Origin: Paragordius varius
Lineage: Eukaryota; Animalia; Nematomorpha
DNA: 64,000 nt
Assembly (NCBI GenBank): GCA_964247055.1
Contig: OZ176056.1
Coordinates: 5,456,001 to 5,520,000 of the forward strand
Reading direction: 5' to 3'
The position numbers were made by a program, and so were the translations under genes. Positions 27,510 to 39,800 of the stretch are shown here, piece by piece. Below the pieces are notes generated by a model. The model was not told the DNA's origin and made no database searches. It saw only the letters and a list, made by a program, of their open reading frames with translations. Within the stretch, counting starts at the first letter, position 1; each line of letters begins with the position of its first letter.

Positions 27510-28544
27510 CTTGAAATATTATTTAGAGTAAAGTATTTAATATTTTACATTATTATATTAATACTAAAACATCATTAATAAAATGCAAGGTCTTATATTT
27601 ATAATAATATATTGAAAAAGGGTTGTGCAGCTAAAATATGCCTAATAGCCTCACACAGTGGCGGAACTATAAGTTGTGAGCCACCCCGCAAGCTTTAAAT
27701 ACTGGCCAACCTTTGCCCCCAAAAAAATCGTATGAAGTTATCTTTTGATCTGGCGCCTCACTTAGATTCCTAAACATATATTTAAACCTATCCTACTATG
27801 AAGATTAAATTCCTAATTCAAAAGACAGCTTGTTAAGTGAAGCTTTCTCTATTTTTGGCATGCTCACATATTCGTTGATATAAACACATTGTCAACATAT
27901 GCGTATAATACGGGGGCCTATCTAGGAATAGCAGCGGGGAAACTGCTTAAATATAAATTAATTGCTAAATATTATTTTTTAGAATTCGGATAAATAAATT
28001 TTGACATTTGTTTAGTCAGAATAAATTATTTTTTATGATAATATGGTTTTTTGATATTATAAAAACTGGGCTTCGAACCGGTCTAAAAAAGTGGAATTAG
28101 AACCGTGCTTTAATTTCAAAATGAATCGCTTCCTAAAACAGCAACAGGTTCCAATACAACTTGATAAATATGAAATAAGATTGATTAAATGGAACATTAA
28201 TGTGCGGACCGCCAAGTTTTTAAATTTTAAGAATGGCCCATTAAAATTGCTGATCACTGTTTAAGTGTGTGATGAAAGTTTATCGAAAATTTGTTAACTA
28301 AAGATAAATTTCAAAATAACATGAATCAAAGGTTAAAAACATTAGAAAAATAATGCACATTTGTATACCAGAAAACATATGTTAGCCAATTGACTTAATA
28401 ATAAAATATGTGAAATAACAATCATTCTGTTAAAATTTAATGAATGTCCTTCAGGATTGCAATACAAAACATTTTTTACAATAAAGCTATTTCTCATACA
28501 ACGTTGTAAAATGAATTGACCCACATTAATGTGGTTGGCCTGCA

Positions 28545-31500
28545 TAACTTGCATATTCCATCCAACGTGCTTTAGGGCGCCCTTTCCCCTCTTGCCTTTC
28601 ACAATATAATCATCAATCTGTTTACCAATGTAAATATTAGCTCTTCTTTTAACATGTCCGAACCATCTAAAACGATTTACCATAAACTTTTGCGTTATTC
28701 GTTTGATTTCCGTACTTCCTCTTATGTAGACATTCTTCACCTTGTCATTCCTCGTTACACCGCACATCAATCTAAGCATTATCATTTCAGTAACCTCCAA
28801 GTTCTCTTCTGATTTCTTTATTGCCCATGTCTGTGAGTTGTACATCATTTTTGGCTGTACAACAGCACTGTAAATTTGACCCTTTACTTTTAGGTCAATA
28901 TTTTTGTCACACAAAACATATGAGATCTTTTTATAATTTGCCCAACTATTTCGAATTCTTAAATTAATATCAAGTGTTAAAGAACCATCTGCTGCTAAAA
29001 TCGCTCCTAAATATTTGCATTCCTCCTGTTTAATACCCATCCTTCTTCTAATTCTATTTCTCGTTTTTTCCCGCCAAAATTTATCAGTTCTGTTTTCTTT
29101 TTATTAACTTTTAATCCGCATCGTCGTAACACATCAATCCATTTACCCACCAATTCTTTCAATTCATGCAACTCGTCGGACAGCCTTATTAGGTCGTCTG
29201 CATAAAGAAAATAGAGCCACCATGTTGCCCCACTTCTTTTGAAATTTGGTCTAAGCATATTATAAATAGTAACGGGCTGATTGCAGACACCTGATAGACC
29301 CCTTCGTTTATTTTAATAGAACCTGACCCTGGTGTGTTTTAATTTTGGTTTGGGAATCGTACATGCATTTTAAAATCTTTTTGTACCTTTCAGGGACGTT
29401 TTTCCGTCTTAAGCTCCACCATATTGTGCGCCGTGGTATTCTGTCAAAAGCCTTTTCAATATCAATACAAATACCATGCAACTCCTTTTTCATTTCTATA
29501 TGCTTCTCGATTAGCCTTCTTACTGCGATCGGATCAATGGTGGACTTTCCTGAAAAAAAACCAAATTGATTACCCTCTATTATAACCATTTTTCTCATTC
29601 TTTTCTCTAATACTTTCTCAAATAACTTCATTGTATGCGACATCTCTAATTATTACAATCATTAATATCTCCTTTACCCTTGAAAATGGGAACAGTGAAA
29701 CTCTTCTTCCATTCGGTTGGTATCATGCCTGTAGTTACTACATTATTAAAAATATCCGTCAAAAATTCAATACCTTTCTCTGACATTATTTTCCAACAGT
29801 TTATGTTATTATCGTCCGGACCTGCAGCCTTATTTATTGACATCTCTTTCAAACCAGTCTGGACTTCTTCTTTTGTTATACTTTCAATATGCGCAGATAT
29901 ATAATCTGGTGTTTCAGGAATTTGTTTCATTGGCGCCCAATTCAAGCTCCTGGAAGTATTCTTTCCACCTTTTCAATATTTTCGATTCCTCAACGAGTAA
30001 TTTGCCGTTTTTATCTTTAATAGCTGTCCCGTAAGGGGGCAAGTCTAGCTTTCTTCTGTGTCTTTGTCGAGCAATTTTAAAAACTTTGTTTAGATCTTGC
30101 TTACTGTTTACCTCTTTATATAATGATGAAGTCTTTTCTTTTTTGACCAATTTTACAAGCCTTTTAAGTTCCTTATTAATCCTTTTACATTTTTCCTTGT
30201 CTCCTGCTTGGTGGGTAAACCTCCACATTTCAAAAGCTTTATTTCAGCCATGCCTCTCTATAAACCTGATTTCTGCCACCTTTCATTCCGCACACCTTAA
30301 CTCCCGCCTTCTTATTTTTTTTGGCGATTGAGACCAAACATTTTCTGGATCACTGTTCCTGTCTAGTATGCCTACCGTTTCTATAAATCTCTCTTTACTG
30401 TTTCTTAGGAATTCCCATTTAATTACCTTCGGCGCTATAAGCTTAGGCTTTTCGGCATTTATTGGTATATCTGTCATATATTTACACATAATTAAATTAT
30501 GTTGTGTGCTAATCTGCAGGTAGGTATGACTTTGCAGTCCAAAACAAACTTTAAAGACTTTCGTGGCAATAGAATATAATCCATTTGTAACTTCTTATTT
30601 CCACTTTCGTAGGTAATTAAGTGGCTATCCCTTTTAGTGTATTTGCTATAGCAATGTTATAGGATTGGGCAAATTTTAATAAACTAGCCCCTTCTTCATT
30701 TATGACCCCGTAACCTTTTCCGCCGTGCCAAGGCTCAAACCTCTCCTATTTTGTCCCACGTGCCCATTGAAATCACCACAAAATATGATTTCTTTGTCTT
30801 TCGTTAATGAAGTCATTTCTGCGTCTAACAAATCATAAAATTTATCTTTCTCTGGTTTAGCTAACCCTATCTGGGGGGCCTAAACGCTAAAGATAGTAAA
30901 AACCCTCTTATTTAACAATAGGTCGACACTTATAATTCTACTGTCAGCACGTCTAACCTCAATTACTTGATTGGCAAATCATGAACACACTATTATGGCG
31001 ACCCTACTGTAACCATCCGTAGAACCTGAATAAAACATTTTATAATTATCCTCTAATGTCTTAGTACCATTTCCACGGTATCTGGTCTCCTGAATGCCCA
31101 AAAAATTTACTTTTTTTACCCTCATAATTTAACTAAATCATATTACTTACTTTTTAACGAACCAACATTTATACTGGCAAAACACACTCTACAACATTCC
31201 TTATCCCTATTGACCCCTACCTCCGTGCAATGGCTGGATCTGGCCTGCACGCCTTACAAAAAACACCCATAAAAAACAAAAATACAATATAGAAGAATAA
31301 TAATAGATAAAACTAAAATATATAGGAACTAATATGTAAATGCAACCAAAAAAGAATCAAAAAATTTGAACCAAAAAATAAAAAAAAATACATAAATAAA
31401 TTATATCAATAAATAAAAATGAAATTAAATACGCATCTTTACAACTGAGGAATTAGAATTATGATTTGGAATATGTAATAATAAAACAATAAATAGAAAA

Positions 31501-31552
31501 ATTATAAGAAAAATATTATAAAGGTAATTACGCGCCATTTTTGAATGAATGT
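28545..31552 (-). mobile_element. RTE-clade non-LTR retrotransposon, near full length, frameshifted
   Basis: APE endonuclease start (INVGSL..FLGIQETRYRG). RT motifs IDIEKAFDRIPR and LYADDL. RTE C-terminal YNSQTW..EMIMLR..WFGHVKRR..GKRGKG. ORF pieces between 28342 and 30489. Confidence 0.9.
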
Positions 31553-31866
31553 CTCAGTAATATATAAAATTATCCATCAGATCGATATAATTAAAAATAT
31601 TATATATAATTTAGTATTTTAAAGATAATTAGACTTTAATCAAAATTTAATTATTTGGAGTGAAAAAAGTCATTTATCAAATTGCTATGCATTGGAGTCT
31701 AAATATATATTTGCAAAATTTATTAACAGGTTAGATAAACATTTGGCCTGACAACCAACTTTACAATTGGCGGTAATTAAAATTAATTAGTCATTGTTAC
31801 TCTAAATTATAATAAACCATTGATATAAAAATTATAACTTTATGCTATTATATAAAAAAAATATAC

Positions 31867-31932
31867 CAATTGGATTAGTGTCATTGTTAGCAGGCGCAAC
31901 CTTAGATGGACTCGCAATGTTTCCTTTGGAAT
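31867..31932 (-). CDS. mini-exon Q7'
   Basis: Duplicate of 15594-15659; splice sites retained. Confidence 0.55.
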
Positions 31933-33680
31933 CTTAAAATTAGTTAGAGTGAAATAATTAATAATTTACATCGTTATATTAATAGAACATTATTAATAAA
32001 ATGCGAGGTCTATTGAAGAATATATTGCAAAAAAGGGTTTTGCAGTCAAAAATTTATACCCTTATAGCCTCATAATCAAACGCTATTTTCTTGTTTTATA
32101 ATTCACAAAAGCGTTTTTATAATTGAGAAAATATTCTTGATTGGGTAAATTATAAATTAATCGGAATATCAATCAAACTTTTTCAAATGTTCGGGAAAAC
32201 GTTTTGATTGACTGGGAAAACGTTTAGTTCGATTAGAAAATTTCGATTCATATGATTATTAAACAAAATATATGAATAACAGTATGATTACACATTTATT
32301 TTATGAACTAGATTTTATCACTATATTTGGGAGTCGACTAATCTAAACTTTGTTTTAGATATCAAAACAGGAGATTAATTACTTTACGGTGTAATTTATT
32401 TTGGGTTTAGAGCATTTTTAACATTATGCACCTACTAAATTAATATACAATGGTGTTAGTTCTTGCCAAAATTCCGAAATATCAAATTGTTTTAGAGAAG
32501 CAATAATATTTTAATGTTAAAGCTAAAAAATGGTAAGGAAACCGATGGATAATGGGCCGTGTTTTTAACACCCTCTGTAATGTACTACCTTAATTGTGAA
32601 ATTTCGAAATAGGAAAATTGTTTTAGGGCAGCAATATTATTTAATGTCAAAGCTATAGAAATGGTTAGGAAACCGATGGATGATATGCCGTGTTTTTAAC
32701 ACTCTGTGTAATGGACTACCTTATTTGTTTTATTTGGCATTCTCACATGATTAGGAATTATAAAGTATAAATTTTATGCAAAATAGGAGATAAAATTAGA
32801 GGAGTATCAACCAAAAATCCTTACAATTTCCTGTAACAAGTCTGTTTTATGACAAATTAATATATTTGTATTGGAATTCGTACGGATTGTTGGATGATAT
32901 TCCAGTAATTTACAATCCTATTTTGCATGAATCCCTCATTTAAGAATCCGAATAAACACTCAAAATTTTTATACACTCATGAACCAGATGACAAAAAAAG
33001 CAAAAATAAAAAACAATATTTTTGGTATTATTTTGATATAGAAGTTTATTTTTTTGAATAAAACATGAATGTTAAGATTTAAATATTGAGTTAAAAATAT
33101 TAAAAAAATTATTTTAATATAGTTTCATTAAATTTTTAGTATTTTAGGTGGGAAAAAAGAAAAACGCCATCTTTTTACCTGAAATTTTATAGAAACCTTA
33201 ACTATATGATTTTAGGCTTTTTATATATTGAAATTATCTCTTAAAATGATAATAAACGATATTATTTCAGATCATTATTTTTTGAAACCGATTTCGATTT
33301 TCTCTCAATCTAGTTTGACAACAAATAAAAATTTTTGCGGCAAATAAATACGATGGTCAAAGCTATCTTATGAAAAAAAATTTTTTCGTTAAAAATTTTT
33401 TTGCACACAGTATATATATATATATATATGTATATTTTCGTCTTTAATTGCAATTTATTGATTTCTTAATCAGAAACCAACAAACAAAGTGGTAATGAGC
33501 GATAAACTAAAAAATTATAACTTCTATGATAAATTTTTTAATAAAAAGTTAGTAGATATTTGGACTGCAAATACTAGGTAAATGTTATTATCAAATGATA
33601 TTAAATTAATGCGAAATCATTAAAAAATTTATAAATGCAAAGATATGTAAAATATAAAATGTCTATGAATGTCTTTATAC

Positions 33681-33719
33681 CCATTCCACTTCCTAATGCT
33701 GGAGCTGTTACTTCAAGCA
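33681..33719 (-). CDS. linker exon T-B', (V)LEVTAPALGSGM(G)
   Basis: Duplicate of 17368-17406 with P>L and T>A. Confidence 0.6.
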
Positions 33720-35542
33720 CTGTTTTTATAAAAATATTTTGGAAATTAATTATAAAATCTATAAATTTGAATTTTGATTAAATTTAACATAAATTAATAA
33801 AAATTTGTCATTTTAAACAATAAAATATCATATTACAATTCTTAGATTAATAATATACAGAACTAATGGAACAATATTAGGTATATATTAGCCATTTAAT
33901 TTAGAAACGAGATGTTTTAAGGTATTTTATTACATAAAATATATATATATATATATATATATAATTTTAAAATCTTTATATATGCATTTTTAAGCGACCT
34001 ATCTTGATTTATTAAAATATCAGGAATAATATCAATTATGTAAGATTGTGGTTATACAACCTTTTTTTTGCGAATGGTGTTATAAAAATGTATATGACGT
34101 TAAACCATTTAAATTTGTTTATATTATATTTTTATAAATATTTTTCTTTAATTTAATATGAATTATATATATATATATATATATACATACATACAAATAT
34201 TGGTTTAATCAAATTTTGTATATTTTCACTTTTGTCTCAATAATTTCAATATAATCACTACAACATTTTGATAATGTTTTTCACATTTTTTATACCTTAT
34301 GTTTAACGTGGAGGCAGGGGCCGAAAAATGTCGCAATGTAAATGTTGATCGTTAAGAAATAAGATATATAGATCAACTATGACGCTAAAAATATAAATTT
34401 TTTAGGCATTCAATAGACGAATTACCATGGAAATGGTACCAAAACCTTATAGGGTAGATTTCCAATCAGTTTTTAGGATGTATTTACATTAGCGTGATGA
34501 TATAGGAGGTAGGGCGACTGACTCATACACTGTGTGCCAGAGTTATCACCCCTAAACTACGCATTTCCATCATCACTGTCAGCCCTTTGTAAACGAGTGT
34601 TAATACAATTTAAATCCTTACCCTTTATAAAAAGGGAAAAAAAAGATTCTAAACAGTATATTTTTTTATATTTTATATATATTATGTGATTCCCAAATTT
34701 TTCGGTTTTAATGCTGCTGTTACACATTACATGCTTCTCAAATAAGTTTCAATTGATACTACATTTAATTATATCACGGTACGCAACAAAAATAAATGTT
34801 AATGATGTATTCGATATCTAAAAGCCTCAGGATAATAATATTATATATGGGGTAAAATACTAAAATAAAGTCAAATTTTTTCTCTTTTTAGCCATAATTA
34901 AAAAATGGCATTTTTAGTGCCTTAACGTCTAGTATAATTTAATACAATAGATGAAAACACCAAAAATTAATTCTAATATAAAATTTTAAACGAAAATTAT
35001 CATAAAGATTTTACATTTTTTTCGGAGTGCCTCAGATCTTATAAGAATATGAGCTAAAAATCGCGATTTGGCGTCATACTGGCATTAAACTTGTTAATAT
35101 GCGGTAAAAGATTTTGATATTTATTAAAACATTCATATTATATATAAAGTTTAACCAAATATAGCCTTTAAAAAAGTTTTAACCTTATATAAAAAAGAAA
35201 TTTTTTGAACGTGTCAATGTGCAATTTTTTAGCTAATTATAAATCTTTAAGGTCCTCCGATAAAATTAGAAATTTTATTGATAATATTTTGCGTTTGAAA
35301 ATATCCTTATATAGTAAAAATATAAAATTTAGTTGATGGGCTTTCATCTATAAAATTTAATTTTATTTGACAGGTTCATAAAGCCTAATACTTATTAAAT
35401 AACGTTTTTAAGTATTTATTCGCATTCAGTAATTTAATATTTATTACACCTAAACTTTTAGCTATCGAATGGTATATGATTCATTATCCTTTATTTTTGG
35501 ACCCTTTTTTGCCGCATACTATATTTAAATAAATTAAATCAC

Positions 35543-35776
35543 CTGTAATATTAGCTTCACCGTAATACACAGTATTACCAAATTCTGAAGAGACAATTAT
35601 GGTTACATTGATGAGTCCAATCATATCGGTAATTATAGTAACACTAGTCGCATTCAGATTGGTATACAAAATTTTTCCTTCCCTGCTTACATTATACAAT
35701 GATATCCCATCATTCGATTCCCAATCCAATTTGATAGAGGAGTCATTATTTATGGTCCAGTTTATTGGGAAAGTTA
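35543..35776 (-). CDS. FN3-like domain exon B'
   Basis: Duplicate of 19270-19503 with N>T and M>L. Confidence 0.7.
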
Positions 35777-36521
35777 CTGAAATATATAAATTATAAAATT
35801 TAGTAATACTAGACATATTTATACAATGTTTGTTGTGTTTATAAATTTCGCTGCAAAAGTTTATTTTGTTATTTAGTATACATAAAATATAAGTTTTAAA
35901 AAGATTGTTTATTACAATATTCGATTCTATATACAATCATAAGAGCAATTATTCACTCTCTCAGTTATTTAATGGGTGAGTGTGTAACATATAGGTTTGT
36001 TGGTATGCTTATTTTGAGTTAAATATTTTGCAATTGGGGTTAGAGAAAAAGTTACTGTTTTCAAAACATGATAAAACCTAATACGATCATGTAAATGAAA
36101 ACCCCCTCTAATTCAAATAATTGAAATGACCATTAATAGTTCTCTCTAATGCATATTAAAATCCTCATAAAAACTATTTTAATTTTAACCAATTTTAGAG
36201 TAATTTAATCTGATATCGTTAATAGTAAAGCCCAAAAATACTTTTAAGTTTAGAAATAAGAGAAGTATTAAGACCATTTTACATAAAATAATAATATATA
36301 TATAATTTAGAATCTATATCTATGCATTTTAAAGCAACCTATCTTGATTTATTAAAATATAAAATAAATATATCAGTAATAAAATCAATTATAGTGTTGA
36401 AAATTGTGCTTGCACAGCCTCTTTATTTGCAAATGCTGTTGTAAAAAAATATATGAGGCTACACCATTATTATATTTGTTAATATTATTAAGTATTTTTC
36501 TTTTAATTTAATTTGAATCAC

Positions 36522-36749
36522 CTATGATAACTTCACCGAGATAGGTAAATTTATCATATTGTGAAGAGACAATTATAGTTGTATTTTTGGCACACATATC
36601 GGTACTTATAGTAGCACTAGTCGCATTCAGATTGGTATACAAATTTTTTCCTTCGCAGCTTACATTATACAATGATATCCCATCAATCGAATTCCAATCC
36701 AATCTGAAAGATAAAGAGTCTTGTCTGGTCAAGTTTACTGTAAGAGGTT
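36522..36749 (-). CDS. FN3-like domain exon, variant C (228 nt, phase 1-1)
   Basis: atgtgttcag|AA CCT CTT...ATC ATA G|gtgatt gives PLTVNLTRQDSLSFRLDWNSIDGISLYNVSCEGKNLYTNLNATSATISTDMCAKNTTIIVSSQYDKFTYLGEVII. Confidence 0.7.
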
Positions 36750-36807
36750 CTGAACACATAAAAATTATAAATTTAATAATACTAGACAGATTCATACTAT
36801 GCTTATA

Positions 36808-39800
36808 CAGTATGCATTTTAATGTATTTTAAGCAATTTTATTGCCAGTCAAATAATATAAATGGTTTAATGCGTAAAATACTGATCCACAAAATTATTT
36901 CATAGTAGGCATATTAAAGAGGATTGACGTGAGAATTAACATAGGCTTTAATTTGATGGATATTTAGTAATGTTAAATTTTGAGAATAATAGCAATTTAT
37001 GTTAACATTTGAAATACTGTTGTTACGTATTTAGATGCGGAATTTTGTGGTTTTTTTTATAAATAATTTAAAGAATAGTAAAATGGGTATATTAAGACTA
37101 TTATGTTAATTCATAATTAAATACAATAATTAATATTTTTCGTATTAATCGAAATTGGTAAAATTTATTATAGTTGTTATTACTAATTTTTAATAAATAT
37201 TAAAATGGGTATTTTAAGACTATTATGTTAATTCATAATTAAATTTAATAATTAATATTTTTCAACATGATAAATACTTGTATTAACCTAAATTGGTAAA
37301 ATTATTTTATATAGTTGTTATTACTAATTATAAAACACTGGTAAATATATATATGTGAATATTTAAGTATATTTTAGATTGTTTTTGTTTTTATGTTTTT
37401 CATTGTCAATTTTAAATATTCAAAAATTTTAATCAGGTAAAAATTGCGGTTTTATTTAAAAAATATCGTCAAATTTGTTTTTTTGTTTTTTTATTTAACA
37501 TTGTTAGTTTAATTAATTATTACATATTTTAAACATTTTAATAAATTTAGTAAAATTTAATTTTTTAATTAATTACTACATATTTTGGACATTTTAATAT
37601 AAACAAGGTAAAATTTGCGGTTTTTAATAATATTATTAAAATTTTATTTTGTTTTTTAGGATTTGTTAATTGAATTAATTACTACATATTTTGACATTTA
37701 AATAATTACAGGTAAAAATTGAGGTTTTTAACAAATTTCAATTTAAATTTTTTTGTATTTTGTGTCATTGTTATTTGTTATTAATCACTAAATATTTTGG
37801 AGAAAATTGAGGTTTTTAATAAATTAAAATTTTTAATTTTTTGTTCAACCTTGCTAATTTATTAATTACTATATATTTTTGATCCATTGATATATACAGT
37901 TAAATTCTGGCATTGATAACTAATATATCAAATATAGTTAACATATCTGTTTTATGTTTGACATTTTATTTATCAAAATCCAACTATGTATATTTTCACA
38001 AACACCTTATGTCACCAAACATTGAAAATAAGATTAAGATGCATAAAACATTTTTTAAAGTATCTGAATATCGCCAAATATAAAAAAATTTATTTAAATT
38101 ATAAATGTACAATTATACAAACTATTATATTATTGTGTAATTAGCATTCCTCTTATTGATATTAATACAGCTAAGTTGTATCTAATATTGGTATACGATG
38201 CGGGTGCGTTCATGATGATCATATCTTAGATCAGTGATACTCAAACCGCGGCCCGCGGGCCGCATGCGGCCCTAAGAGTTCTTTAAAATTGCACGACCAT
38301 ATTGATACTTATATTATTTTTTAACAGATAAACGAATTATCGATCATTTTAATAATATTTTATTTTCTTTTCATTTAATTTTGGTAGTTTTTATTTTTTA
38401 CCCAATTCGAAATGTAGAAATTCCCTACATTAAAAAAAAATTCAAAATTTTGGATCACGTTGTTTCTGTTTCTGTTTTCTTTTCTATTTTGAAATTTTTA
38501 TTGCATTCCTTTTTTCTATTTAGGCAAGCCTTTCACCCAAACTTTATACATAACTTTTCTATCCTGCCTCATTTTTTATAACTCATTCCATCATTAAATT
38601 TCAACTTGTTTTTTTATAGCGTAATTCAATACATTTCTATTTGTTGAAAAAATTTACATAATATTTAAACATGAATTCAAAGGATGACATCTAATGCTAA
38701 AAAACGTAAATTATCCGATAAAAATAGCCCTTTAAAAAGAATGGTAAAAAAATTCTTTGTCGTTTAAAATAAAAATGTTGTTACCTGCCTTATATGTAAG
38801 GACAACATAATTATAAAAAAAATACAATATTAAAAGAAATTTTACAATCCATTTTTCTCATCAATTACCAGAAAATCATGAGGAAAAATGAAAAAATAAA
38901 AAGATTAAGGAATTATACTAGAAAGACCGCCGTAAATTCAAAAACCTTCTGAAAGATATCCACAGTGAGTTTGATTATATTCTTTTGTACACCGCTGTGA
39001 AATGGCTAAGCCTTAGCAAAGTATTAAATAGATTTTTTGTTTAAGACATGAAATTCTATTATTTATAAAACTGAAAGTTTGACGAGGAAATTAATAATGA
39101 CATATGGTGGGTTTTATTTGCCTACCTTTGCGACATTACTTATAAACTTTTTTAATACGTCGTCAAGGAAGTTAAAAAAACCCAATTTGCTAATGAAATA
39201 TCATTAAAAATTAATAATATGAACTAGATTATATAAATTAAACACTCCTATATCCAACATTTATAACGATTCATGAAGAAAATATGGAATTTACCGCGGA
39301 GATTAATTTAATAATAGATCATCTAACATTTTTATCTAGTGATTCAGATTTCAAAAATTAAGATACATTACTTAAAACTCGTTGAAAATCCATGATGGAT
39401 ATTCAATATTAAACAACTTGAGCATTACGGTATTGATTCGTTTGTTTCAAAAATTCCAATTTGTTAAAGAGAATCGTAGAGAAGAAAGATATGTAGAGTT
39501 TTGGCAAGATGTGCCAAATAAATATGAAAATATAAAAAAAATGTGCTCAAGTTATCCTAACTCTTTTGCCCTCAACTTATACGTGTGAGTCGTCATATTC
39601 AAAAATAAGATATGTCAAGAATACATACAGAAATCGCTTAACCGATGATCATATGGACGACGTATTAAGATTGGCCTGTCATGTGGTGAAACCAAATTTG
39701 TCAAAAAATATTGGTTAATATCGAAATAAAAATTGTTATCAAAATATTTTAATTTAAACTAAATGGAAAACCTTAGCTGGATTTACATGCGATCCGCAAA

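Larger units (their letters stand above)
21185..28250 (+). repeat. segmental duplicate of 1-6910
   Basis: Collinear, high-identity match with an offset of about 21.2-21.3 kb; identical or near-identical ORFs in both copies. Confidence 0.95.
31160..36255 (+). repeat. segmental duplicate of 14882-20009
   Basis: Collinear match with an offset of about 16.27 kb; ORF 35484-35936 is nearly identical to 19211-19663. Confidence 0.95.

Noticed and set aside
29345-30331. + strand ORFs over the RTE, plus the antisense ORFs over the FN3 exons, Gypsy and 63703-63945
   Set aside because: Antisense shadows of real coding frames.
36750-36795. In-frame MNLSSIIKFIIFMCS leader before FN3-C (and the long leader of ORF 19211-19663)
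   Set aside because: Hydrophobic core is too short and not conserved at protein level. It is better explained as AT-rich intron before a conserved AG.
37380-37900. Regularly recurring short motifs resembling a CRISPR array
   Set aside because: Whole units are degenerate tandem subrepeats within a TIR; no unique spacers, no cas genes, eukaryotic context.
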